A DNA stretch of 64,000 bases from TPA_inf: Saccharomyces (lineage: Eukaryota): assembly GCA_000146045.2 (NCBI GenBank), contig BK006940.2, forward strand, positions 206,162-270,161, in the 5' to 3' direction. The position numbers and the translations under genes are program-made. The notes under the pieces were generated by a model. The model was given only the letters and a program-made list of their open reading frames with translations, was not told the DNA's origin and did no database searches. Below, in pieces: positions 1 to 10,432 of this stretch. The first letter of the stretch is position 1. Every line of letters starts with the position of its first letter.

Positions 1-96
1 TGATGGCGGAAAAGCGACACATGAATTGTTGACCTGGAGTGCGCTCACTGTTACAATTAGTAAGGCCACGGTAATTGCTACTGCATAGGGCGTCAT
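1..96 (-). CDS. ULI1: N-terminal 32 codons (MTPYAVAITVALLIVTVSALQVNNSCVAFPPS...) of a minus-strand ORF cut off by the window edge; position fits ULI1/YFR026C
   Basis: ATG on the minus strand (cat at 94-96) followed by hydrophobic, signal-peptide-like codons that run off the window start. The ULI1 identity comes from remembered gene order upstream of ECO1 and is not verified. Confidence 0.35.
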   Translation of the reverse strand, partial: MTPYAVAITVALLIVTVSALQVNNSCVAFPPS

Positions 97-618
97 CACC
101 TTTTCGAAATTTGACACTGCTAATTTGGCGCCAGTATAGAGTTTCTTTCTCTTGAATCCAATGAGATCATTATCCTAGTATAGAGCTTGTAAGTCCAAGC
201 TGCACTTAAATATACAACGATCAGAAAAAACTCGTATAGTCTGTTGAAAATGCAACACGTATACCTCCGGAGAAGTATCTTTGGTTTTGATTTGCCGCGC
301 AGCCTGTGTAAAATGGCGCACACAATCACGTTACTTGAATCTCAGTTCAGAAGTTTCTTTCAACACAGCCAATTGCATTTAGTCTGCTATGCTTAATATT
401 GTAGCTACTACGTGGCAAACATAGCTGCCCGAACTACTTTATGCGTACGTGTCCACAGCAATTTGTATAACGACTCAATCAAAATTCTCTCAAACACCTT
501 CATGGGAATCTGTCGACAATGTAATCAGATCTCAGCCCAATTGCCAGTATGTGTTCATATCTTATTCCGTGGCCGCCCCTCCAAAAAGCTTCAAAATACA
601 CTCACCAGGCTTACTTCT

Positions 619-989
619 TGTTGGGAGAAGAACCGTTATCGTTCACTTGATAATATTCCTACCAGTATGTTGTCCTATATGGAGTCATGAGCATACATGG
701 TGCAAAATTATGGAATTAGCGCAATGAGTTTCAAACAGCAATTTGATCTTTTTATAAACACTGAAATGCCAGAATTGATAATGTAATAGGAAAAAAAAAT
801 GAAAAGATTCAAAACCGAAGATAAAATGAGATTATTTTTTTCTTTTATGTAGAAACATCGATTCGCTTCTGTGGGTTCCCATATCCTCGAGGAGAACTTC
901 TAATATATTCTGTATAATTAATATTATAGCATTAACAACGGTATAATCTCAGTCATTATCCCAAAATTCACCTATTTTCCCATCATACC
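619..989 (+). mobile_element. Degenerate solo delta LTR (Ty1/Ty2), full-length-like
   Basis: Starts tgttggGAG, like delta TGTTGGAATA. Internal blocks match delta: gaattgataatgtaatagga; ttcccatatcctcgaggagaacttcta.tatattctgtata; aatattatagc..t..caacaa.gg.ataatc. Ends ..cacctattttcccatca, resembling delta's CACCCATTTCTCA. About 70-80% identity, with small insertions. Confidence 0.55.
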
Positions 990-1156
990 GATCTTTGCGA
1001 ATACTTGAGCATGTAAATCAGAGATTCTATGTAACAGCTGCCCAGAAACCAGAAAACGTCTCTTAACCACTTCCATTGTTGGCATGTTGAAACCTCCTGC
1101 CGCCTTGATCATCCTTCGACTTAGGGAAGAATCTTAACAAATGAAATTTAACGTCA

Positions 1157-1162
1157 ACGCGT
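1157..1162. promoter_or_regulatory. MCB (MluI cell-cycle box, ACGCGT) ~130 bp upstream of ECO1
   Basis: Exact ACGCGT in ...gtcaACGCGTaatag. Confidence 0.35.
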
Positions 1163-1290
1163 AATAGAAAAAAAGCCTTTCGCGTACTGTAATCAGTAAT
1201 AATACATAAGGAGATGCCAGCTACAACGGACATCAACATATATCTATGTTTACATATTAGGGTTCAACAGAATATAAATCGTTGCACAAA

Positions 1291-2136
1291 ATGAAAGCTA
1301 GGAAATCGCAGAGAAAAGCGGGCAGTAAACCAAATCTTATCCAGTCTAAATTGCAAGTTAATAATGGTTCGAAATCGAATAAAATAGTCAAGTGTGATAA
1401 ATGTGAGATGTCATATTCCTCGACATCAATAGAAGATCGCGCCATCCACGAGAAATACCACACTTTACAGCTGCATGGACGTAAATGGTCGCCGAATTGG
1501 GGTTCTATAGTATACACAGAGCGAAACCATTCAAGGACGGTGCATCTATCAAGATCGACAGGGACAATAACGCCATTGAACTCCTCACCTTTGAAAAAAA
1601 GTAGTCCGTCTATTACCCATCAGGAGGAGAAGATTGTATATGTGAGACCAGATAAGTCGAATGGTGAAGTCCGAGCCATGACGGAGATAATGACACTAGT
1701 GAATAACGAGCTGAATGCGCCACACGATGAGAATGTCATTTGGAACAGTACCACAGAAGAAAAAGGCAAAGCGTTTGTATACATAAGAAATGACAGGGCG
1801 GTCGGAATAATAATTATAGAGAACCTTTATGGGGGCAATGGTAAAACATCTAGTCGTGGACGTTGGATGGTTTATGATTCTAGAAGATTGGTACAGAATG
1901 TGTACCCCGATTTTAAGATTGGCATATCGAGAATTTGGGTGTGCAGGACAGCAAGGAAGTTGGGTATCGCAACCAAATTGATTGACGTTGCAAGAGAAAA
2001 TATTGTTTACGGTGAAGTTATTCCTAGGTACCAGGTAGCATGGTCGCAACCCACAGACAGCGGTGGAAAACTGGCTAGCAAATACAACGGCATTATGCAT
2101 AAATCAGGCAAGTTACTATTGCCGGTATACATATGA
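1291..2136 (+). CDS. ECO1: Cohesin acetyltransferase Eco1 (281 aa): N-terminal C2H2-like zinc finger plus GNAT acetyltransferase
   Basis: Protein MKARKSQRKAGSKPNLIQSKLQ...KCDKCEMSYSS...HEKYH is recognised. The ORF-track start at 1282 is TTG; the first ATG is at 1291. Confidence 0.9.
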   Translation: MKARKSQRKAGSKPNLIQSKLQVNNGSKSNKIVKCDKCEMSYSSTSIEDRAIHEKYHTLQLHGRKWSPNWGSIVYTERNHSRTVHLSRSTGTITPLNSSPLKKSSPSITHQEEKIVYVRPDKSNGEVRAMTEIMTLVNNELNAPHDENVIWNSTTEEKGKAFVYIRNDRAVGIIIIENLYGGNGKTSSRGRWMVYDSRRLVQNVYPDFKIGISRIWVCRTARKLGIATKLIDVARENIVYGEVIPRYQVAWSQPTDSGGKLASKYNGIMHKSGKLLLPVYI

Positions 2137-2251
2137 CTCTTTCGAAAAGACAGCGAGAAGGGACACTGGAAAAATGGCATAAAACTTTTCAAGGTTATTA
2201 TTAGTAAGTTTTTTTATTATATGATATATATATATATAAAAATGAAATAAA

Positions 2252-3907
2252 TTATTTCTTGATGGAGCCACTTATTTTTCTTATACCACCGGCGGCGCTT
2301 GTAGTCCTTCTCCCTGACGTTACTCTCCTATTCTTGGGCAATAGTTGTCTTAGTATGGTATCATCTGCGGCATTATTGATGTTCGTTGCGCTGGGTTCGT
2401 TATCTTCCATTCGGGACGATGAAGCAGAGGAGATATCATTTTTCTTGCGCGAAACTTTGGGATAATGATTACTTGTGCCGTTGGTATCCTGCATGGATTC
2501 GTCATCTGAGTTGTTGCTTTCTATTACTACCTTCCTATTCGCATGGGAAGTTGGATTACGATTATTGTTGATATCTTCTATAGTATTAGAACCGTTTTGG
2601 CCCTTTCTCGGCTGACCAGGCGAAGTCTGTGGGACGGCTGAGCTCTTGAATGAATTACTTCCATTATTCGCCGTAGAAGGTTGGCTCGAATTTCTGGCAC
2701 TAAGCGCCCCATGACCGTTGGATGGCGGCGTCATGGTTAAATCTCTTAATTCACCTTCAATGTTATTTTGCGCAACCCTCTTGTCGTCTTTAAGTTTCTT
2801 TTTTTGTAAGCGGTATTCTTCTAAACTTATTAAGGGATATAAGCCGCCAATGGCCTCACTAGGCTTCAAAGAAATTCTGGTTGTGTACTTCCATTCTCTA
2901 AAATCATTCTGGTGTAAATATAACCAATGCTGTTGAGGGCCAACGACCATTCCCGGCCTTATAAACCTTAAGAAGCCAATACACTCGTTAGCGGTAAATC
3001 CATACGTGTATATTAAGTGAGCACCAATTAAACAACCAGTTCTACCTAGCCCAGCCTTACAGTGCACAGCAATTTTACCTCCCCTTTTAATTATCGTTTC
3101 AGCAGCACCAACAAAGTTTTTTACAATGGAAAGATCAGGACATGTACCATCTTCGAAAATTAGATCCAAATGTTGAATGCCAATGTCTTCAAAATGCTTT
3201 TTATTATATAAATGAGAATTCAACCTTACCACTAATTGGACGTTATTGTTGGCGAAAAAATTCAGAACTGACTTAAACGGCTGGTTCAAATGTGAAGATT
3301 TGGTAGCGAGATAGCCCTTTGGATGGTCCTCTTGTGGTGACGCAAATGCAATAAAATCTGGGGTGAGTACATTGAAGTCTCCAAACTCCACGTGTTCGTA
3401 TTTCTCGTAACTCTCCAAATTGAAGGAATGCAAATCAATAAGGCCTTTTTCCTTAGCCCTCCAAACGCCATAAACCACATCTTGAATTGTGATTTCGAAA
3501 TCCGCATTAGAATAACCGGCATCTCTAAATGGCATGAAGGGAGGGTCTACTTGCGCCAACGGCTGAAGCACTTGATGCGGAGTCCATGCCTGAACGAGGA
3601 TCATATAACAGCAAAGCATACATGCGGCGTTAGCACGTTGTCTGGTCGATGCAGATGAATAGAAAACAACGGCTTTATTGGCATTTTCTGGGTCATTCAA
3701 GATTTCATGGAAAATAACGGCAAAACGATATAGATGTCCAATGTTCATGGGACCGAAATCCAAATGGAAACTGTTGTAAAAGATTGCGTCCTCCACGGTA
3801 AAAAACACCAGCTCATCAGTATCTTCCGGCGTGTAATCATATGCACCGAGATATACTCTGCCTCGCAGGAACTCGATCGTGTTGTCGAGGTATACACTCC
3901 TACGCAT
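2252..3907 (-). CDS. CDC14: Dual-specificity protein phosphatase Cdc14 (551 aa)
   Basis: Protein MRRSVYLDNTIEFLRGRVYLGAYDY... contains the catalytic HCKAGLGRTG motif; ATG confirmed at 3905-3907. Confidence 0.95.
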   Translation of the reverse strand: MRRSVYLDNTIEFLRGRVYLGAYDYTPEDTDELVFFTVEDAIFYNSFHLDFGPMNIGHLYRFAVIFHEILNDPENANKAVVFYSSASTRQRANAACMLCCYMILVQAWTPHQVLQPLAQVDPPFMPFRDAGYSNADFEITIQDVVYGVWRAKEKGLIDLHSFNLESYEKYEHVEFGDFNVLTPDFIAFASPQEDHPKGYLATKSSHLNQPFKSVLNFFANNNVQLVVRLNSHLYNKKHFEDIGIQHLDLIFEDGTCPDLSIVKNFVGAAETIIKRGGKIAVHCKAGLGRTGCLIGAHLIYTYGFTANECIGFLRFIRPGMVVGPQQHWLYLHQNDFREWKYTTRISLKPSEAIGGLYPLISLEEYRLQKKKLKDDKRVAQNNIEGELRDLTMTPPSNGHGALSARNSSQPSTANNGSNSFKSSAVPQTSPGQPRKGQNGSNTIEDINNNRNPTSHANRKVVIESNNSDDESMQDTNGTSNHYPKVSRKKNDISSASSSRMEDNEPSATNINNAADDTILRQLLPKNRRVTSGRRTTSAAGGIRKISGSIKK

Positions 3908-4182
3908 TTTTTTTTTTTTTTTATAAGCGTACTTTGTAGTCCCAGCCTCTGTGCAATTGTTTCGTATTATACCTCGAACGAATCGGAAATATTTGGTACA
4001 TTATTGTTTCAATTTCAATTTGTTTACCTTTGAACCAAGTGAAGAAAAACTTATGGTGCTAAAAGTACATTCCCCGTTGAAAGTGATACAGCTTTCTTGA
4101 TTGACACAATAGCAATGGCCTTCAAATGCATATCTCTACTATCGGCTAAAAAACGAATGACTCACGTTATCAGGCTCATAGC

Positions 4183-4183
<1 letters not shown>

Positions 4184-4245
<62 letters not shown>
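4184..4245. repeat. (TG)31 dinucleotide microsatellite
   Basis: Uninterrupted gtgtgt... run of 62 nt. Confidence 0.95.
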
Positions 4246-4246
<1 letters not shown>

Positions 4247-4457
4247 TTGTTGTTCTAGTCGCTTGCTTTATAAAGTAACGACACTTTCTGGTGCCAATAT
4301 GTGAAAACGCATTACAGAAAAAAACAGTTGTATTCTACTAAAAACACATCAGTAGTCACAGAAGTCACAGAAGTCACGTATATAAGCTAGTGGCAATCAT
4401 AACTAACACAGGTGTATTAATGAAAAAATAAAGCCAAAAAAATTTCAGAAAAAAATA

Positions 4458-4546
4458 TCTCCCGGGGGCGAGTCGAACGCCCGATCTCAAGATTTCGTAG
4501 TGGTAAATTACAGTCTTGCGCCTTAAACCAACTTGGCTACCGAGAG
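4458..4546 (-). tRNA. tY(GUA)F2: tRNA-Tyr (anticodon GUA) with a 14-nt intron
   Basis: Reverse complement reads CTCTCGGTAGCCAAGTTGGTTTAAGGCGCAAGACTGTAA[tttaccactacgaa]ATCTTGAGATCGGGCGTTCGACTCGCCCCCGGGAGA. Downstream T-run on the coding strand. Confidence 0.9.
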
Positions 4547-4775
4547 TCGTTTTTGTTGATTACTTTGCTATATAAAGATTCCTTTATCATTATTTCATGA
4601 GGCGCACTTTTGATTTTCACACCTTTTTCAAGCGGAGGAGTTATTCGTCTTATTAACATTACCATTACAGTAGTCATCAATGATTACCTTATCAGCACTG
4701 AAAAGATACCCGTAAAATTTAGCACACGCACACTCACACATACATAGGTACGAAATACACAACTGATAGGCGTTC

Positions 4776-6812
4776 ATGCACTCTCATAGACAAAAGTGGG
4801 GCCGCCAGACGGATATAGCGAGGGTGCTCGACGATATAGAACACGACCTCTATCTACCGCAACGGCTATCACTCGATGGTGCAACTGGTACTGACGAATC
4901 ACATGTGCAATACGGTATAGTCAAAGACTGCTCTGTGCTTACGTGTGGCTGCTGTATATCTGAATCGCTATTCAATGATTTATGCAGGGAAACTTCGAAC
5001 AAGCAAACTGCGTGTCCCATCTGTCAGCGAGAAAATGTTCGACTACTTTCAGCCATCAAGCCGCTGCGAGATTTGGCTCGTCAGATTGACTTCTTCAGAA
5101 GTACTACCGGACAGGGCGAAAGCGAAAGCGATGAGCTCCCCGCTATAGTAAAGACTTCACCATCATCATCATCACTATCGCTAACGCCATCGCGCTCTTC
5201 CTCCACTGCTGGGCTAGAAGCTGATAACAAGACACTATCAGACCCTACAGTTAAGGAGAAATCATCACTGCTCGAACTCTTCCATATTGTGGCTTCGAAG
5301 ATGCATAATGCGAATACAGAGGTAGGGTCGGACCACCCACTCACGACTGGCACCACCCGTGATCAAGAAGAACACACCACTAAGGAGAATTACTCAAGCA
5401 GCTTACTCGAGCCCAACTATGACGACCACGCGAACTGGAAAATCCTGGATAATGCCTCGAACACAAGAACTGTGCCGATAGATAACAACTTCTCTTTGAT
5501 GTCTACGGACGTTACAATACCTTCCACAGCAAACTACCAAACAAATAGTGCACATGATCTGGACGAAGAAAAGGAGTACTTTTTTGCCAACTGTTTCCCC
5601 ATGTACAGAAAAAAATTTCAGTTCAACACACACCCCAAATTCCTAGGGACGAAATCCAAATTATTCATCAACCAAAGCATTTCTCCCGATTGCACCAAAT
5701 TTGCTCTAATTACTGAACACAAGTGGGAAATTTATTCGATTAATCCGAAGGACAACTCTCCTCAACTAGTATCATGTGGCAAGTCTAGTGGAGAATATGG
5801 TCCCAACTTCAACCAACTAACAGAGCAATCGTCATCTTCACTCTCCACTACTTCTCAAGCGTCAAAAAAGAAAAAGAAAAACTGGAGCCAACGTTTTTGC
5901 AAACTTTCCAATGATTTCTTGATAATATCGGGTTCGCAAAACATTCTTAATGTACACGACATACACCAAAACGGCAAACTCATCTATACCTACGTGTCGA
6001 GATTCCCCATCCGATGCATAGACATAGATCCAAGGTCGCAGATAATAGCCTACGGAATCACCGGAAAGGATAGACATACAGGCGCGGAACAAGCATTAGT
6101 CGTGATCCAACAAATTACCAGAAATAAAGTGACTTTGGAGCCCGAGTTCCCCCCACCAATCACCATAACACTTCCATACAGAGATCCCATCAATACCATA
6201 CAACTTTCGCACGACGCCAAGTATCTGACATGTTCGACCGCGCTAGAGTCGCGGTTCTTGATCATATCTTTGCAGAAAATAAACGAACCAAGACTGATAA
6301 TGAAAAGTGTTCGGTCCATAGACACTTCCTTAGAATCTGAAGGTATCACTGACACAAAACTTTTCCCAGGAAATCCAAATCTGATGTGTATCACATCAAC
6401 AGCATTCAATTCATCTCCACTGGTCATAAACACCAAAATCACCCAAATTAACGGTGTACGGACCGTGGCACAACCATCCATGCTTATAAGGGTAGATGAG
6501 ATTGGATGCAAGATTCACAAGTGCGAAATATCACCAAGAAACGACGCAATTGCCTTCCTCGACCGCAACGGATCAGTTTACATCATGTGTGCCCCCACCA
6601 TGATGGACAACAACGAAAAAAGAAGGACAATCCTCGTTGAAACCGTGGCAAATGCCTACAGGGCTTATGAATCAGCTACTTTGCGGTTTAACCCAGAGGG
6701 CAACAAGCTTTATATTCTCGACAGAAAGGGGACTTTCTTTGTGGAAGACTTTGCATATGGCTTGCCCCAATCTCGCGAAATCACCAAATGTAAGCAAATA
6801 TTCCACAAATAA
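4776..6812 (+). CDS. PTR3: SPS amino-acid sensor component Ptr3 (678 aa)
   Basis: Protein MHSHRQKWGRQTDIARVLDDIEHDLYLPQR... is recognised; ATG at 4776. Confidence 0.9.
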   Translation: MHSHRQKWGRQTDIARVLDDIEHDLYLPQRLSLDGATGTDESHVQYGIVKDCSVLTCGCCISESLFNDLCRETSNKQTACPICQRENVRLLSAIKPLRDLARQIDFFRSTTGQGESESDELPAIVKTSPSSSSLSLTPSRSSSTAGLEADNKTLSDPTVKEKSSLLELFHIVASKMHNANTEVGSDHPLTTGTTRDQEEHTTKENYSSSLLEPNYDDHANWKILDNASNTRTVPIDNNFSLMSTDVTIPSTANYQTNSAHDLDEEKEYFFANCFPMYRKKFQFNTHPKFLGTKSKLFINQSISPDCTKFALITEHKWEIYSINPKDNSPQLVSCGKSSGEYGPNFNQLTEQSSSSLSTTSQASKKKKKNWSQRFCKLSNDFLIISGSQNILNVHDIHQNGKLIYTYVSRFPIRCIDIDPRSQIIAYGITGKDRHTGAEQALVVIQQITRNKVTLEPEFPPPITITLPYRDPINTIQLSHDAKYLTCSTALESRFLIISLQKINEPRLIMKSVRSIDTSLESEGITDTKLFPGNPNLMCITSTAFNSSPLVINTKITQINGVRTVAQPSMLIRVDEIGCKIHKCEISPRNDAIAFLDRNGSVYIMCAPTMMDNNEKRRTILVETVANAYRAYESATLRFNPEGNKLYILDRKGTFFVEDFAYGLPQSREITKCKQIFHK

Positions 6813-6901
6813 TGCATCTAAATATATACGTATGTTTAAGGTTCTGGTATACAGGTATTAAAAGAAAACACTATCAACATTCCCAATAAGATATACCACA
6901 C

Positions 6902-6926
6902 CACGTGAGCTTATAGAAGCACGTGA
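6902..6926. promoter_or_regulatory. Two Cbf1/Met4-type CACGTGA boxes (6902-6908 and 6920-6926) with an adjacent TGTGGC Met31/32-like motif, ~230 bp upstream of MET10
   Basis: ccCACGTGAgcttatagaagCACGTGAcc....caggTGTGGCt, read directly from the sequence. Confidence 0.45.
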
Positions 6927-7150
6927 CCACAATTCACCCCACAGGTGTGGCTTTTTTGGTGCCGTAGAAAAGACTCATTCATGAATCGTCGGAAACCCAT
7001 AGTCATCTTCGAGCAAAAGGTATATATAAGCAACAGAGGGCAGTAGTTCTCGAGACCACCATCTTTTGATTGGAAATAGTTTCGTTTAGATGGGGTGCAC
7101 ATAGTTTTTTTCAACTGCTTTTCCTCGAGGTCACCCAAATATACAACGAG

Positions 7151-10100
7151 ATGCCAGTTGAGTTTGCTACCAATCCTTTTGGCGAGGCCAAAAATGCAAC
7201 TTCACTGCCAAAATATGGTACACCCGTAACTGCCATTTCATCTGTGCTGTTCAATAACGTGGACTCCATTTTTGCTTACAAGTCCTTTTCTCAACCCGAT
7301 TTGCTACACCAAGATCTAAAAAAATGGTCTGAAAAGCGTGGTAACGAATCACGTGGGAAGCCATTTTTCCAAGAGCTGGATATCAGATCTGGCGCTGGTT
7401 TGGCTCCTTTAGGGTTTTCTCATGGATTGAAGAACACTACAGCAATTGTTGCTCCAGGGTTTTCGCTGCCATACTTCATTAACTCTTTGAAAACCGTCTC
7501 TCATGATGGTAAGTTTCTTTTGAATGTTGGTGCTTTAAACTACGACAATGCTACCGGCTCTGTCACCAACGATTATGTAACCGCATTGGATGCTGCTTCC
7601 AAGCTGAAGTATGGTGTCGTGACTCCGATTTCCGCTAACGAGGTACAAAGTGTCGCCTTACTGGCATTGGCGATTGCCACTTTCAGTAATAACTCCGGAG
7701 CTATCAATTTATTTGACGGATTAAACTACTCGAAAACCGTCTTGCCGTTGGTCGAATCTGTTCCTGAGGCATCTATTTTGGCAAAACTATCCAAAGTTAT
7801 TGCACCAGATGCTGCCTTTGATGATGTCTTGGATAAGTTTAATGAATTGACTGGATTGAGACTACATAATTTCCAATACTTTGGTGCTCAGGATGCTGAA
7901 ACTGTGTTTATCACTTATGGGTCTTTAGAATCCGAATTGTTCAACTCTGCGATTAGTGGTAATAATTCCAAAATCGGGTTAATCAACGTCAGAGTGCCAT
8001 TACCTTTTAACGTTGCTAAGTTTGTCACTCACGTTCCATCCACTACCAAACAAATTGTTGTTATAGGCCAAACTTTGGATGGTTCTTCGCCTTCTTTCTT
8101 GAGATCTCAAGTTTCAGCCGCCTTATTTTACCACGGCCGCACCTCAATTAGCGTTTCTGAGTACATCTATCAACCAGATTTCATTTGGTCCCCAAAAGCT
8201 GTCAAATCAATTGTATCGTCATTCATCCCTGAATTCACTTACAATGCCGATTCATCTTTCGGCGAAGGATTCATTTATTGGGCCTCTGATAAGAGTATCA
8301 ATATTGATGTTGCCTCCAAACTTGTGAAAGCTCTGTCTTTGGAAGATGGGAAATTTGTGTCTTTGAGAACGAAATTTGATAACTTGGCTAATGCTGGTAC
8401 CTTCCAAGCTCAATTTGTGACCTCGAAAGAACAGATACCTGTTTCAAACATCGATTCTACGAAATTATCAGTCGTTGAAGATGTCAGTTTATTGAAGCAT
8501 TTAGACGTAGCTGCTACCGTCGCAGAACAAGGTTCAATTGCGTTGGTTTCCCAAAAGGCAGTTAAAGATTTGGATTTAAATTCTGTAGAAAGTTACGTCA
8601 AGAATTTGGGAATTCCTGAATCATTCCTAATATCTATTGCGAAGAAAAACATCAAATTGTTTATCATCGATGGTGAGACCACTAACGACGAGTCCAAATT
8701 GTCCTTGTTTATCCAAGCCGTTTTCTGGAAATTGGCCTTCGGTCTAGATGTCGCAGAATGTACCAACCGTATCTGGAAAAGCATTGATTCAGGTGCAGAC
8801 ATTTCAGCAGCCTCGATTTCTGAATTTCTCACTGGTGCATTCAAAAACTTCCTCAGTGAGGTTCCGCTAGCGCTGTACACTAAATTTTCTGAAATAAACA
8901 TTGAAAAGAAAGAGGATGAGGAAGAGCCTGCAGCTTTACCAATTTTCGTTAATGAAACATCTTTCCTCCCAAATAACAGTACCATTGAAGAAATACCATT
9001 ACCTGAGACCTCTGAGATCTCTGATATTGCCAAGAAGTTGTCCTTCAAAGAGGCATATGAAGTTGAGAATAAACTAAGACCCGATTTACCCGTCAAGAAC
9101 TTCGTCGTGAAAGTTAAAGAAAATAGACGTGTTACGCCTGCTGATTATGATAGATATATTTTCCATATTGAATTCGATATTTCTGGTACTGGAATGACTT
9201 ATGACATCGGTGAAGCCCTCGGTATTCATGCCAGAAACAATGAATCTTTGGTCAAAGAATTCTTAACCTTCTATGGTCTAAATGAATCCGATGTTGTCTT
9301 AGTCCCCAACAAGGACAACCACCATTTGTTAGAAACAAGAACCGTCTTACAAGCATTTGTGGAAAATTTGGATATTTTCGGTAAACCACCAAAAAGATTT
9401 TACGAATCATTGATTCCATATGCCTCTAACGAAGAGGAGAAGAAAAAATTAGAGGATTTGGTTACTCCTGCCGGTGCAGTAGATTTGAAGAGATTTCAAG
9501 ATGTGGAGTATTATACATATGCTGACATTTTTGAATTGTTCCCATCTGTTCGCCCATCTCTTGAGGAACTTGTTACTATCATTGAACCATTGAAGAGAAG
9601 AGAATACTCAATTGCCTCCTCTCAGAAAGTTCATCCAAATGAAGTTCATTTATTGATCGTTGTTGTTGATTGGGTGGATAATAAAGGAAGAAAAAGGTAC
9701 GGTCAAGCTTCTAAGTATATCTCAGACCTTGCTGTCGGTTCAGAATTGGTCGTTAGCGTTAAACCATCTGTTATGAAATTACCACCATCTCCAAAGCAAC
9801 CAGTTATTATGAGTGGTTTAGGTACTGGTTTGGCACCATTCAAGGCCATTGTTGAAGAGAAATTATGGCAAAAGCAGCAAGGTTATGAGATTGGTGAAGT
9901 CTTCCTATATCTAGGTTCAAGACACAAAAGAGAAGAATATTTATATGGTGAGTTATGGGAGGCTTACAAAGATGCAGGTATTATCACACACATCGGCGCT
10001 GCTTTCTCAAGAGACCAACCTCAAAAAATTTACATTCAAGATCGTATCAAAGAGAATTTGGATGAATTAAAAACTGCAATGATTGATAATAAAGGTTCAT

Positions 10101-10258
10101 TTTACTTGTGTGGCCCTACTTGGCCAGTTCCAGATATTACTCAAGCTTTGCAAGACATTCTGGCTAAAGACGCCGAGGAAAGAGGCATCAAAGTCGACTT
10201 GGATGCCGCAATTGAAGAATTAAAGGAAGCATCAAGATACATTTTAGAAGTCTACTAA
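7151..10258 (+). CDS. MET10: Sulfite reductase alpha subunit (1035 aa): flavodoxin-like, FAD and NADPH domains
   Basis: Protein MPVEFATNPFGEAKNATSLPKYGTPV... is recognised. The ORF-track start at 7070 precedes the first ATG, which is at 7151. Confidence 0.9.
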   Translation: MPVEFATNPFGEAKNATSLPKYGTPVTAISSVLFNNVDSIFAYKSFSQPDLLHQDLKKWSEKRGNESRGKPFFQELDIRSGAGLAPLGFSHGLKNTTAIVAPGFSLPYFINSLKTVSHDGKFLLNVGALNYDNATGSVTNDYVTALDAASKLKYGVVTPISANEVQSVALLALAIATFSNNSGAINLFDGLNYSKTVLPLVESVPEASILAKLSKVIAPDAAFDDVLDKFNELTGLRLHNFQYFGAQDAETVFITYGSLESELFNSAISGNNSKIGLINVRVPLPFNVAKFVTHVPSTTKQIVVIGQTLDGSSPSFLRSQVSAALFYHGRTSISVSEYIYQPDFIWSPKAVKSIVSSFIPEFTYNADSSFGEGFIYWASDKSINIDVASKLVKALSLEDGKFVSLRTKFDNLANAGTFQAQFVTSKEQIPVSNIDSTKLSVVEDVSLLKHLDVAATVAEQGSIALVSQKAVKDLDLNSVESYVKNLGIPESFLISIAKKNIKLFIIDGETTNDESKLSLFIQAVFWKLAFGLDVAECTNRIWKSIDSGADISAASISEFLTGAFKNFLSEVPLALYTKFSEINIEKKEDEEEPAALPIFVNETSFLPNNSTIEEIPLPETSEISDIAKKLSFKEAYEVENKLRPDLPVKNFVVKVKENRRVTPADYDRYIFHIEFDISGTGMTYDIGEALGIHARNNESLVKEFLTFYGLNESDVVLVPNKDNHHLLETRTVLQAFVENLDIFGKPPKRFYESLIPYASNEEEKKKLEDLVTPAGAVDLKRFQDVEYYTYADIFELFPSVRPSLEELVTIIEPLKRREYSIASSQKVHPNEVHLLIVVVDWVDNKGRKRYGQASKYISDLAVGSELVVSVKPSVMKLPPSPKQPVIMSGLGTGLAPFKAIVEEKLWQKQQGYEIGEVFLYLGSRHKREEYLYGELWEAYKDAGIITHIGAAFSRDQPQKIYIQDRIKENLDELKTAMIDNKGSFYLCGPTWPVPDITQALQDILAKDAEERGIKVDLDAAIEELKEASRYILEVY

Positions 10259-10432
10259 ATTAATATAGTAATAAAAACTAAATATCTATTTATTGAACCT
10301 GTCTTGAACATTTCTATTTTTTTTTTACTTTTAGTTTTCTTCTATGCGCAAGCTTTTCTATTGGCTGCCAAATAGAAAATTATTGAAATATGATTACATT
10401 ACAATATTTATTTGTCTTATGAAAACTAACCA

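Noticed and set aside
412-727. Two 92-aa plus-strand ORFs upstream of ECO1
   Set aside because: GTG/ATG-initiated frames lying inside the degenerate delta LTR; no coding signal.
8593-9096. 167-aa minus-strand ORF inside MET10, and a 181-aa one inside RMD8 (41352-41897)
   Set aside because: Antisense frames within strongly supported genes.
10259-10432. Possible ARS in the MET10/SMC2 convergent intergenic region
   Set aside because: Only 10/11 ACS matches were found; no exact consensus.
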